Below, piece by piece: positions 1-8,879 of a stretch of DNA of 64,000 nt. Source of the DNA: an uncultured delta proteobacterium (lineage in GTDB: Bacteria > Desulfobacterota > Desulfobacteria > Desulfobacterales > QNYZ01); assembly GCA_963845145.1 (NCBI GenBank), contig CAWJQU010000005.1:576001-640000 (forward strand). The letters are read 5' to 3'. Numbering within the stretch: position 1 is the first letter of the stretch; every line of letters starts with the position of its first letter. The translations under genes and the position numbers were made by a program. The notes under the pieces are model-generated. The model made no database searches. It was given only the letters and a program-made list of their open reading frames with translations, and was not told the origin of the DNA.

Positions 1-540
1 GGCTTGCATGGCAATTCCATCTCGGCCCACCGCATACAATAATGGAAATTCCAGCTGTTCTTCAGAAGCATCCAGGTCGATCATCATATCGTAAATTTCG
101 TCTAGAACATCGTCGGGGCGGGCATCCTGACGGTCGATCTTGTTGATCACCACGATAATCTTGAGCCGGGCCTCCAGAGCCTTATTGAGCACAAAGCGGG
201 TTTGGGGTAAAGGGCCCTCGGCGGCATCCACCAACAAAATCGCCCCGTCGGCCATGGACAGAGCCCGCTCCACCTCCCCCCCAAAATCCGAATGGCCCGG
301 TGTATCGATGATATTGATGCGGGTATCCTTCCACACGATGGAGCAATTTTTGGCCGCAATGGTTATCCCCCGTTCTCGCTCGAGATCCATTGTGTCCATT
401 AGTCGTTCCACGGTTACCTGGTTCTCCCGGAACACACCGCTTTGGCGGAACATGGCATCCACCAGGGTGGTCTTACCGTGATCGACATGGGCGATGATGG
501 CAATATTTCTTAAGCGTTCATTGGTTACAATACTCGACAT
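1..540 (-). CDS. typA: Translational GTPase TypA/BipA, 5' part (runs off the window start)
   Basis: Manual translation from ATG at 540: [30 protein letters not shown]...[14 protein letters not shown]...[16 protein letters not shown]...VINKIDR. These are the G1-G4 motifs in TypA context. Absent from the ORF track because the frame is open at the edge. Confidence 0.95.
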   Translation of the reverse strand, partial: MSSIVTNERLRNIAIIAHVDHGKTTLVDAMFRQSGVFRENQVTVERLMDTMDLERERGITIAAKNCSIVWKDTRINIIDTPGHSDFGGEVERALSMADGAILLVDAAEGPLPQTRFVLNKALEARLKIIVVINKIDRQDARPDDVLDEIYDMMIDLDASEEQLEFPLLYAVGRDGIAMQA

Positions 541-695
541 ATATTCTTATCTCCACGATTGGATCATTGCCTGAATAAACTGGAATGGGGTAATATAGAC
601 ATCCGTGACGGGTTTACAAGATTTTTCCCGTTTGGAGCGGAATGGGGCCGGTATTTTGCCTCGAGGGAATCATTCTTTCAAACTATCCAGTCCGA

Positions 696-1037
696 TTAAA
701 CCAGGTCGAACCCTTTGACCAGCGAAGCTAGAATGTTGCGGTCTTTGGGTGATATTTCTAAAAACCGGGCACCAATGCCGGTGTAGACGGACTCATCCAC
801 AACAATACGACCCGACCAAGCCTTCACACATGTAACAGGCATCTCTTTATTCTCAGGCGATTCGATGGTGATTTGAAAAAGATTGTCCACCTCAGGTTTT
901 TCTAAAAACAGGAGAAGGGCTCCGTCAACACTAATGTTCCCGGTCTTGCCTTTAATAGTACCTTTTGGCGTCAGTAGAACAACCCGTAAAATCAGAGGAA
1001 CACGGAGACTGCGTCGCCGTTCAATTTGATGGGTCAT
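696..1037 (-). CDS. PilZ domain protein (putative c-di-GMP receptor)
   Basis: N-terminal RRSLR (RxxxR), NISVDG (D/NxSxxG) and C-terminal GIGARF; 113 aa. Confidence 0.8.
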   Translation of the reverse strand: MTHQIERRRSLRVPLILRVVLLTPKGTIKGKTGNISVDGALLLFLEKPEVDNLFQITIESPENKEMPVTCVKAWSGRIVVDESVYTGIGARFLEISPKDRNILASLVKGFDLV

Positions 1038-1169
1038 ATGCAGGTACCACCAATTTTAATATGAGGTTCCAGAGATGTCTGCCGCGTATATTGTTGGGTA
1101 GTACAACTCTGTGTTTACATGATTTCATCTTTTTATCAAGAAGTAAGTCACCGCGACCTCATACAATGT

Positions 1170-1781
1170 TCAATCCCAATCCTCTTTTCCTTCAATTTGT
1201 AATATTTCACTCTTGCGGTTTGATAATTCTTTTCTAGCAATCACCATTGCGGTATCGGTAAAAAACCATTTTGTATATCGTTTCGACAGATATTGATAAA
1301 GCACTCTGGGTGTCAGTACCTGCCTTTCGATCTCACTTCTGAACCCGATTTTCGAAAATCGCCATAACTTGTCAGCATCTTTCACTATTTTTTCTTCTAC
1401 GCTATGGGCCTGCTTTCCCGAGTCGTGCCGCCCAATGATAACAGCGATTTTTTCCGCCAGATGGGTATCAAATGTAAAGGTTTGCAGGATCTTTTCGGCG
1501 ATAACGACACCCTTTTGCTCATGGAGCCTGTTGAGCTGTAACGCTTTTTTTCCACCTGCCCTTACACCGAATGCCAACGATATTTGTTGCGGGGTCAGAG
1601 AAGACCACCCGACATCATGCAAGATAATCGCCGGCTCGATAATTTTTTTTTCTCCCCCCTCCTTTTCCATAAGAATCCGGGCATATTCATGAGCCACTTT
1701 GGCATGCAGAATGTCTCCTCTAACCACCAGATAAGGCTCTGCAATTTTAAAGAGTTGATGAATAGTTTCAGACCATCTCAT
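1170..1781 (-). CDS. HD-domain metal-dependent phosphohydrolase
   Basis: H...ILHDVG...HE...HD...KDADKLW pattern; lies 37 bp downstream of the LysR gene in the same orientation. Confidence 0.8.
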   Translation of the reverse strand: MRWSETIHQLFKIAEPYLVVRGDILHAKVAHEYARILMEKEGGEKKIIEPAIILHDVGWSSLTPQQISLAFGVRAGGKKALQLNRLHEQKGVVIAEKILQTFTFDTHLAEKIAVIIGRHDSGKQAHSVEEKIVKDADKLWRFSKIGFRSEIERQVLTPRVLYQYLSKRYTKWFFTDTAMVIARKELSNRKSEILQIEGKEDWD

Positions 1782-1818
1782 TTCGAGCCCCTGCCTGTTT
1801 GCGATTCAATAACTGCGG

Positions 1819-2709
1819 CTACCCGTTCTTTCCTTCAAGCACCTGTAAAAACGCCTGGGCGGGCGGCGAAAGATCCACGTTGCGGGGCAGGACAATATCG
1901 GTTTGAATAAGTATCGGATCTTCCTCTAGGGGAATCGGTTTAAGAAGGTTCATCTTGGTTTCCAAGTCGACTTCCGGTTTGTAGAGAAACGACAGCCCTT
2001 TTCCTTTGATCACATATTCCTTGATAAATTCAACGCTCTCCGCCTCAAGAAGCACCGCGGGCCTGACACCATGGGAACTGAGAAGAGAAAGAATGGCATA
2101 GCGTGACCCTGACCCGTCTTCCCGAATAATAATCGGTTCGTCAGCCAGTTCATGGAGGGATACACGTTTTTTACCGGCAAAAACATGATCGGGCGCCGCA
2201 ACTAGGCAGAAAGGTTCTTGGGTATAGGGTATCACCTTCAGTTTACTCCTGAAAGGCAGGCGGCCGATAATGCCCAGGTCATATTTGAATGCCATCAAAT
2301 CATCGGCGATCTCCCTGGAGCTTCCCACTTTCAGATACACTTTGACATTCGGGTGCCGCTTTTGGAAAAGGGAGAGTAGCTCCGGCATGAGATATTTGGC
2401 AAAGCTTCGGGTCGTCCCTAAAGTAAGCGACCCTTCCTTTAAATCCGCGTGGGCACGGAGCACGTATTCCATCTCCTCCACTATCTCGAAAATCCGTTCG
2501 GCATAACCAAACAGAACCCTACCGGCATTGGTTAACTCAAGGGTTCTACCATATTTTTTAAACAACTTGACTTCAAGGGTTTCCTGTAGGGACTTGATCT
2601 GCATCGTCACCGCAGGTTGAGTGATAAAAAGCATTTCAGCGGCCTTCGTAACGCTTTTTTCTTTAGCAACGAGAAAAAATGACCGAAATTGATTGAGATT
2701 GATTTGCAT
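1819..2709 (-). CDS. LysR-family transcriptional regulator (CysL/CmpR-like)
   Basis: HTH SVTKAAEMLFITQPAVTMQIKSLQ...LF...LTNAG; effector domain IIREDGSGSR; divergent from the large operon. Confidence 0.92.
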   Translation of the reverse strand: MQINLNQFRSFFLVAKEKSVTKAAEMLFITQPAVTMQIKSLQETLEVKLFKKYGRTLELTNAGRVLFGYAERIFEIVEEMEYVLRAHADLKEGSLTLGTTRSFAKYLMPELLSLFQKRHPNVKVYLKVGSSREIADDLMAFKYDLGIIGRLPFRSKLKVIPYTQEPFCLVAAPDHVFAGKKRVSLHELADEPIIIREDGSGSRYAILSLLSSHGVRPAVLLEAESVEFIKEYVIKGKGLSFLYKPEVDLETKMNLLKPIPLEEDPILIQTDIVLPRNVDLSPPAQAFLQVLEGKNG

Positions 2710-2743
2710 ACCAAGGGCCAATATATAAGTTTTATTTGGGATT

Positions 2744-2760
2744 CATAAATATTTCTTATG
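2744..2760. promoter_or_regulatory. Putative LysR binding site CATAA-N7-TTATG
   Basis: Inverted repeat containing T-N11-A in the AT-rich divergent intergenic region, just upstream of the -35 element. Confidence 0.6.
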
Positions 2761-2762
2761 TA

Positions 2763-2810
2763 TTTATAAATTTATTTGCTTTGACATGTCAATAAAAATG
2801 GAAGCAAAAT
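2763..2810. promoter_or_regulatory. Back-to-back sigma70 promoters sharing the palindrome TTGACATGTCAA (2781-2792)
   Basis: TTGACA occurs on both strands. Minus-strand TATAAA at 2768-2763 and plus-strand CAAAAT at 2805-2810, each with an 18-nt spacer. Confidence 0.55.
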
Positions 2811-2956
2811 GGATTCACAAAGTCCAAGATTTACATGAAAACGCCGTAAGAAGCCATTTGTACACCAACTTCCAAATACCGACCTTCTACGAAATAAATA
2901 GGCTTCAATTGACTTTCAGCACTATCTGATATTTTCAAGTTGAGAAGGAGGAACCC

Positions 2957-4579
2957 ATGTCCGATTACGATGGAATCATCATAGGTGCAGGGCCCAACGG
3001 TCTGCTTACAGCCGCATATCTGGCCAAGGCGGGTCTGAAGATTCTGTTGTTGGAAAGAAGGTTTGAAATGGGCGGAGGTCTTTGCTCCGAGCACATCACC
3101 ATTCCGACTTTCATCCACAACACCCATGCCATCTATATGCCCATGGTAGATTATGCTCCTTTTTTTCAGGATTTTAAACATGACATGGAAGAAGTGTATG
3201 ACCTGGAGTTCATCTTCCCGGACCCTGTCATGTCGCTTTCCTTTCGCGATGGACGCTCGCTGAGCATCTATCAGAATGCGGAACGGACAGCAAAATCCAT
3301 CGCATCGTTTTCTGAAAAAGATGCTAAAACTTATGTAAACGCTGCCAAAAAATTTAAAGATTACATGGACACGTTCATCGCACCGGCCACTTATGCCGCC
3401 CCACATCCCGCGATGGAAGCCATGGTTAAGATGAAATCCCATGAGGTTGGCCGGGATCTCCAGGCAATACAGCCCATGTCGCCCAGGGCCATCGTCGAAG
3501 AACTCTTTGAGAACGAACACGTCCGGACATTTTTCCTGTATGCGTCGTGTATGTGGGGCTTGGATTATGATCTGGAAGGATTGGGTTTTCTCGTACCGCT
3601 TTATATTAACCGGGCAGCCAACTACCGGCTGGTGAAGGGCGGCACACATCACCTGGCCCATGTCATGAGCAAGGTTATTTATAAAAATGGCGGAATGATC
3701 ATTGGTCCCAAACCGGTCAATAAAATAGTCGTTGAAAACGGCCGGGCCAAGGGTGTCGAAACAGAGGATGGCTACTACTACGAAGCCAAAAAGTTTATTG
3801 TCAGCAGTCTCAATCCCCACCAGACCTTTCTGGATTTAGTGGGGGAAGAGCATCTGGAGAGCGAATTGGTCACCCGCGTAAATGACTGGAAGTGGGAAAA
3901 AACCAGCTTCTTCCATGTCCATATGGCTTTAACCGAAGCCCCGCAATTTAACGCGGTTGAAAAAAACCCCGATGTCGCCAATTCCCTGATCCATCTTTAT
4001 GGCTATGAGTCCTATCAGGAACTCATCGACCATTTTGACGCCATTCGAAATGGGCAGTTGATAGATTCCGGATTTAACAGCTGCTTTCCCACCCTCCATG
4101 ACCCTATGCAGGCCCCTGCCGGGAAGCACACCGGCTTGATCTCCCATCACGCCCCTTACAATTTGGCCGACGGAGGCGGCGATAAGTGGTATGACATCCG
4201 CGATGAGATTGCCGATCAATGCATGGCCAAGCTGAGAAATTATGTGCCCAACATCAATGAAGACACCGTCATGTGGCGCTATATCACCACACCTAAAGAT
4301 ATCCACAATAAATTTGTAGACATGCGCGAGGGGTCCTTTAAACAGGGGGCTTATCTGCCCCTGCAAATGGGGTATTTGAGGCCCAATGAACTGTGCGCTG
4401 AATATGCCACATCCATTCAGGATTTATACATTTGCGGTTCCTGCACCTATCCGGGCGGAACCATACTCATGGCCAACGGCTATAACGCAGCCAATCGGAT
4501 TGCCGAAGATTACGGCATTAAAAAATGGTGGAAAAAGCCGGACAGTATTGTCCGGGCTGAAGAACTCGGCCTGATTTAA
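2957..4579 (+). CDS. FAD-dependent oxidoreductase, phytoene dehydrogenase-like (COG1233), paralogue 1
   Basis: IIIGAGPNGL..AAYLAKAG..LLER..GGG at the N-terminus; GGTHHLA; APAGKH; C-terminal LYICGSCTYPGG..ANGYNAA; RBS AGGAGG. Confidence 0.88.
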   Translation: MSDYDGIIIGAGPNGLLTAAYLAKAGLKILLLERRFEMGGGLCSEHITIPTFIHNTHAIYMPMVDYAPFFQDFKHDMEEVYDLEFIFPDPVMSLSFRDGRSLSIYQNAERTAKSIASFSEKDAKTYVNAAKKFKDYMDTFIAPATYAAPHPAMEAMVKMKSHEVGRDLQAIQPMSPRAIVEELFENEHVRTFFLYASCMWGLDYDLEGLGFLVPLYINRAANYRLVKGGTHHLAHVMSKVIYKNGGMIIGPKPVNKIVVENGRAKGVETEDGYYYEAKKFIVSSLNPHQTFLDLVGEEHLESELVTRVNDWKWEKTSFFHVHMALTEAPQFNAVEKNPDVANSLIHLYGYESYQELIDHFDAIRNGQLIDSGFNSCFPTLHDPMQAPAGKHTGLISHHAPYNLADGGGDKWYDIRDEIADQCMAKLRNYVPNINEDTVMWRYITTPKDIHNKFVDMREGSFKQGAYLPLQMGYLRPNELCAEYATSIQDLYICGSCTYPGGTILMANGYNAANRIAEDYGIKKWWKKPDSIVRAEELGLI

Positions 4580-4618
4580 ACCGAAGAACTCAGCCTCATT
4601 TAAGAAGGATAAGAAGTC

Positions 4619-5041
4619 ATGAAAGTCCAATCCACCGGTCTGGGTAAAACGGTCATGCTGGCCCATTTCCAGGACCTTTTCAAAACCCGTTTCGATAACG
4701 AGCAGGTCCTGCAGATGAATATGGAATCGACAGAACCGTTGCACTGGACCATTAAAGTCTACATGGAGCCGAGGGATATTCGCAGGGCCGTTTTGATGGG
4801 GCTAAAGCCTTCTATTCTATGGAAAGCGTTGCTTGCCATTGTTTTCGGACGTTTTTCATTGTTTGGCAAAACGGCTCCTGCACCGGAAAAATCAGCAGAC
4901 GAGAAAAAAAACCTGGCTGCCGATTCTTCAGATAAACCTGCGGCTTCCGGCAATGATACAACCGGTCCGCTTTCCGCTCTTAAAAGCAGCCCGAACGACA
5001 ATAGCGATAGCCCCAATCCACTGGCAAGCCTTAAAGGGTAG
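4619..5041 (+). CDS. Small hypothetical protein between the two COG1233 genes
   Basis: RBS AAGGA; MKVQSTGLGKT N-terminus, a hydrophobic segment (ILWKALLAIVFG) and a low-complexity S/P/D/N tail. Confidence 0.7.
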   Translation: MKVQSTGLGKTVMLAHFQDLFKTRFDNEQVLQMNMESTEPLHWTIKVYMEPRDIRRAVLMGLKPSILWKALLAIVFGRFSLFGKTAPAPEKSADEKKNLAADSSDKPAASGNDTTGPLSALKSSPNDNSDSPNPLASLKG

Positions 5042-5096
5042 GCCCAAAAAGCGACATCCAGCTGGATTTATTTCTGACAATCTTTAGGAAGGAGCG

Positions 5097-6776
5097 ATGA
5101 TTATGGCCGATATGAGCTTTGATGCCGTTGTAGTTGGCGGGGGTCATCATGCAACTATTATTGCCAATTATCTGCAGAACGCCGGACTTGAAACAGGTGT
5201 ATTTGAACGACTCCACGAGATGGGGGGCGGCGCATGCGGAGATGAGTTGCCGGCGCCGGCGTTTATTCAGAACCCTTGTGCCCACTTTACACGTATGTTC
5301 GGCAATCCGGCCTACCATGATTTTAACCTTCGAGAATTTGGCCTTCACTATATTTTTCCCGAAGGCAATGAGGCCATGGTTTTCCCCGATGAAACCTGTT
5401 TTGTAGGTTACAGTGCCTTTCGCGTCATCGATCCGGATACTGGCAAAGAGGAGTTTTCCAACGAAAACTTTCAGAAAACCTATAATGAAATCTCCCGTTT
5501 TTCTAAAAAAGATGCCGACATGTACGAATGGATTACCGAGCGCTACGAAAAGAGATGGCGATCCGCCTTCAGAAAGTATCGCTACAGCCCACCGACGCCA
5601 TGGGGGGAACCAAACCCGTTAGAGGAGTTGTTTACGGATAAAAAATACGGGTTTGACCCAGTCTGGCATTATATGAACGGAATCCAGGTCGCCCGTGATT
5701 TGTTTGAGAGTCCTGAGTTGCGGTTGCTTTTCATGCGGGCCATACCGACCTCTTCGGGTTCATTTCCCATAGATGCCATGGGCGTCTACCAGGTGGTTCA
5801 CATGTTGGGGTTGGTTCTCTCTCTGGAATCGGCCTCCATTGTATCCGGCGGCACCCATGCGATCACCCATGCCCTCCAGCGCTCATTCAGTTCCATGGGA
5901 GGACAGTTTTTTGTGGAAAGTGAAGTCGACAAGGTTCTCGTTGAAGGTAACAAGGCCGTGGGCATTAAACTGGTCAACGGTGCCGAAATCGAAGCCCGCA
6001 AGATGGTTATCAGCGACCTGGGCGTACCCCAGACCATGATGCGTATGCTCCGGGACACAAAAATGGCCGACCGGCTCCTTCATCGCATTAAAAACATCGA
6101 TTACGACCGTTCCCAGATCTTCTGGGGAAATGTGGCTCTTCACGAGTTGCCAGACTACAAAGCCAAAAGCTTTAACCCCGATTTGGGAGACCAGCCCAGA
6201 CTGTATATGGGACCCAAGGATGAAGACTACATGTCCTATGGGTACATGTCCGATATTTTCAAAACCGGCATGCCCGGCCCGGGCAATATGTTCCTATTGG
6301 CTGCGGCAGACAGCATATGGGATAAAAACCGTGCGCCGGAAGGCAAACACAACATTTTGATTGAAGAGTTTGCGGCCCCACTACGCTTCTTTACCGAAAA
6401 GGAGTGGCTCAAGATGAAACGAGAAATTGTGGATCACGCCCTTAAGGACTGGCAGATCTATGCACCCAACATGACCTGGGACAACGTGATTTCACACAAC
6501 ATCCAGACGCCGTTGGATGTTAGCTACCGTCACCCGGATATGAAAGAAGGCGGTTGGGCTGAAGGTGCGATGATGCTCTCCATGCATGATCGTTTTCGCC
6601 CGACACCGGAAATGGCCAATTACCGGGTTCCCAATGTGGAGAACATGTATATCTGCTCTTCCAACCTGCACTCCTGTGGGGGGATCGGGCGAGGCAGTTC
6701 CTACAATTGTTTCAAAAAAATCGTCGAAGATTTCAATTTACCAAAAATATGGGAAGAAAAAGGAAGAGAATATTAA
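5097..6776 (+). CDS. FAD-dependent oxidoreductase, phytoene dehydrogenase-like (COG1233), paralogue 2
   Basis: VVVGGGHHA...FERLHEMGGG; GGTHAITHAL; APEGKH; C-terminal MYICSSNLHSCGG; collinear with paralogue 1. Confidence 0.88.
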   Translation: MIMADMSFDAVVVGGGHHATIIANYLQNAGLETGVFERLHEMGGGACGDELPAPAFIQNPCAHFTRMFGNPAYHDFNLREFGLHYIFPEGNEAMVFPDETCFVGYSAFRVIDPDTGKEEFSNENFQKTYNEISRFSKKDADMYEWITERYEKRWRSAFRKYRYSPPTPWGEPNPLEELFTDKKYGFDPVWHYMNGIQVARDLFESPELRLLFMRAIPTSSGSFPIDAMGVYQVVHMLGLVLSLESASIVSGGTHAITHALQRSFSSMGGQFFVESEVDKVLVEGNKAVGIKLVNGAEIEARKMVISDLGVPQTMMRMLRDTKMADRLLHRIKNIDYDRSQIFWGNVALHELPDYKAKSFNPDLGDQPRLYMGPKDEDYMSYGYMSDIFKTGMPGPGNMFLLAAADSIWDKNRAPEGKHNILIEEFAAPLRFFTEKEWLKMKREIVDHALKDWQIYAPNMTWDNVISHNIQTPLDVSYRHPDMKEGGWAEGAMMLSMHDRFRPTPEMANYRVPNVENMYICSSNLHSCGGIGRGSSYNCFKKIVEDFNLPKIWEEKGREY

Positions 6777-7528
6777 TGCGTTTAAAAGGTAAAGTCGCAC
6801 TCATTACCGGAGGCGCCAAAGGGCTGGGCCGGGCCTTTGCCCTAAAAATGGCCAAAGAGGGCGCTAAGGTTATGGTGGCCACGCGAAAAGATTTGGATAA
6901 TCTGAAAGAGACGGTGAAACAAGTAGAGTCCGCAGGTGGAGAAGCCGCCTGGTTTCAGGCGGATGTGGCCAGAGAAGAAGACGCCCACGCCATGGCCGAT
7001 GCCACTGTCAAAACCTTTGGCCGAGTTGACATCCTGGTGAACAATGCTGCGGTTTATGACGGCCTTAAACGAAAACCGTTTTATGAAATCGGCCCAGACG
7101 AATGGGATCTCGTTATGGCGGTGAACGTAAAAGGTGTGTTTCTGTCTGCCCGGGCTGTTTTCCCATATATGAAAGAGCAAGGATATGGGAAAATCGTCAA
7201 TTTGGCCTCCGAAGTCTTTTTTACAGGATCACACGGATTTGCCCACTATGTCGCCTCCAAGGGTGGGATTATCGGTCTGACCCGTGCCCTGGCAGTGGAG
7301 CTGGGGCCACACAATATCTGCATCAATTGTCTGGCGCCGGGCTACACGGACACTGAAGCCTCCCGGGGGCTATCGGATGTGAGTAAATACGACACGTCTA
7401 AAACCCCCCTCAACCGACTTGAAAAGCCGGAAGATTTAACCGGCGCGGCTGTATTTCTTGCCTCCTCGGAAAGTGATTTTATAACCGGCCAGACCCTTCT
7501 GGTTGACGGCGGACGTGCCATGCACTGA
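6776..7528 (+). CDS. Short-chain dehydrogenase/reductase (classical SDR)
   Basis: TGGAKGLG, NNAA, YVASKGG, ITGQTLLVDGG; start overlaps the upstream stop (TAATG). Confidence 0.92.
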   Translation: MRLKGKVALITGGAKGLGRAFALKMAKEGAKVMVATRKDLDNLKETVKQVESAGGEAAWFQADVAREEDAHAMADATVKTFGRVDILVNNAAVYDGLKRKPFYEIGPDEWDLVMAVNVKGVFLSARAVFPYMKEQGYGKIVNLASEVFFTGSHGFAHYVASKGGIIGLTRALAVELGPHNICINCLAPGYTDTEASRGLSDVSKYDTSKTPLNRLEKPEDLTGAAVFLASSESDFITGQTLLVDGGRAMH

Positions 7529-7553
7529 TGGAAACGGAATAGGGACGGGAAAA

Positions 7554-8174
7554 ATGACGGCAAAATTCATACAATTTTTCGACATCCTCTCCGGGAAAGA
7601 GGATGAGTTTAACCATTTTGCCTCGAAAAACTACATTCCCGGTATTAATGAGATGGGCCTGACCCATATCGTGGGATCATGGAATGTTGCCGCCGGCGAA
7701 GGTCCTTTCTGTGTTCTCGAGAGCACAGCCGATTCGGTAGAAAATATTCACCGTCTCCTTATTCAGGATGAATTTACAAAGCTGAACCATCTCCTCCATT
7801 TTTTGGTTACCAACTACAAAACCAAAGTTCTCGCTCCCACCGGCCATATGCCGGAACAATCCCCAAGCAATCTCAACTATCGCTTCAACCACCACTATAA
7901 CATCAATTACACCAGATATGATGAATATAACCGTTTTATAAAAAAAGAGCATATTCCAATAATGGATACGCTTGGCATTACAATAATTGGCACTTGGTAT
8001 GTGGCCATCGGCCCCGGACCCAATATTGTTGTGGAAGGTTCGTGCGCCAGTGCCAGACAAATTGTCGAATCTATCGGAACCGTTGAATATCGTAAACTAA
8101 CATCAAAGTTTTTCGATCTTGTTAGCGATTTTGGAAGCAAAATACTCGTTCCCACTGGACTGCTGAGCCAGTAA
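7554..8174 (+). CDS. Hypothetical protein with two internal repeats (NIPSNAP/dimeric alpha-beta-barrel-like), paralogue 1
   Basis: GSWNVAAGEGP...YKTKVLAPTG and GTWYVAIGPGP...FGSKILVPTG. The fold assignment is inference. Confidence 0.65.
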   Translation: MTAKFIQFFDILSGKEDEFNHFASKNYIPGINEMGLTHIVGSWNVAAGEGPFCVLESTADSVENIHRLLIQDEFTKLNHLLHFLVTNYKTKVLAPTGHMPEQSPSNLNYRFNHHYNINYTRYDEYNRFIKKEHIPIMDTLGITIIGTWYVAIGPGPNIVVEGSCASARQIVESIGTVEYRKLTSKFFDLVSDFGSKILVPTGLLSQ

Positions 8175-8222
8175 TTTCAACGACCAGGTGGAAAAAATTA
8201 TAGTTTATAAGGTAAGTCTCCC

Positions 8223-8867
8223 ATGTCTGCAAAACTAATCCAATACTGGAACATCCGTGCCGGTTGTCAAGGTGACTTTGACGCATTTTTCGCTCAGGAT
8301 TTTGTCGCCGGGATTAATGCTACCGGCCTGATGCGAATTGTCGAATCCTGGCACACGGCATCCGGGGAGGGCCCCTACTTTCTGGTCGAAGGCGTATCTC
8401 CCTCTCTTGAAGAAGCAGAATCAATGATAATGGGAACGGTATTTTCAGAGCTTCGCCAAAAATTATTTCATCTGGTGAGTGAATACACAACCAAACTCCT
8501 TATCCCGAGAAATGGGCCGGGATCAGAGGCCGGCGAATCGTTGTCTGGCGGGGTTGAAATGGAAAAAGAGTATAAATTTACCCAGCACTTTAATATCAAT
8601 GCCGCCGATGTTTATGCCTTTGATTCATTTTTTAAAAAAACATACGCCCGGCAGATAATAAAATGGGGTATCCACCTGGTCGAAGAGTGGAACGTAGCTA
8701 TTGGCGCCACCCCTTATGTTGTGATTGAAACCCGGGCCGAGGCGCTGGGGTCCATTGGTAAAATGCTACAGAGCCAAGAATACCGTGAACTGACGACGAA
8801 ACTGCTGAATATGGTTTCTGGCTATGGTTGTAAAATCCTCATGCCCTCCGGACATCTGAACAAGTAG
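8223..8867 (+). CDS. Hypothetical two-repeat protein, paralogue 2
   Basis: ESWHTASGEGP...YTTKLLIP and EEWNVAIGATP...YGCKILMPSG. Confidence 0.65.
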   Translation: MSAKLIQYWNIRAGCQGDFDAFFAQDFVAGINATGLMRIVESWHTASGEGPYFLVEGVSPSLEEAESMIMGTVFSELRQKLFHLVSEYTTKLLIPRNGPGSEAGESLSGGVEMEKEYKFTQHFNINAADVYAFDSFFKKTYARQIIKWGIHLVEEWNVAIGATPYVVIETRAEALGSIGKMLQSQEYRELTTKLLNMVSGYGCKILMPSGHLNK

Positions 8868-8879
8868 GAGATTTGGGCC

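Noticed and set aside
2831..3820. 329-aa minus-strand ORF and other long antisense ORFs (e.g. 41113-41778)
   Set aside because: They are shadows of well-supported genes on the opposite strand and have no recognisable motifs.
2957..6776. Carotenoid biosynthesis (crtI/crtO)
   Set aside because: No crtB/crtE nearby, the context is catabolic, and COG1233 is functionally broad.
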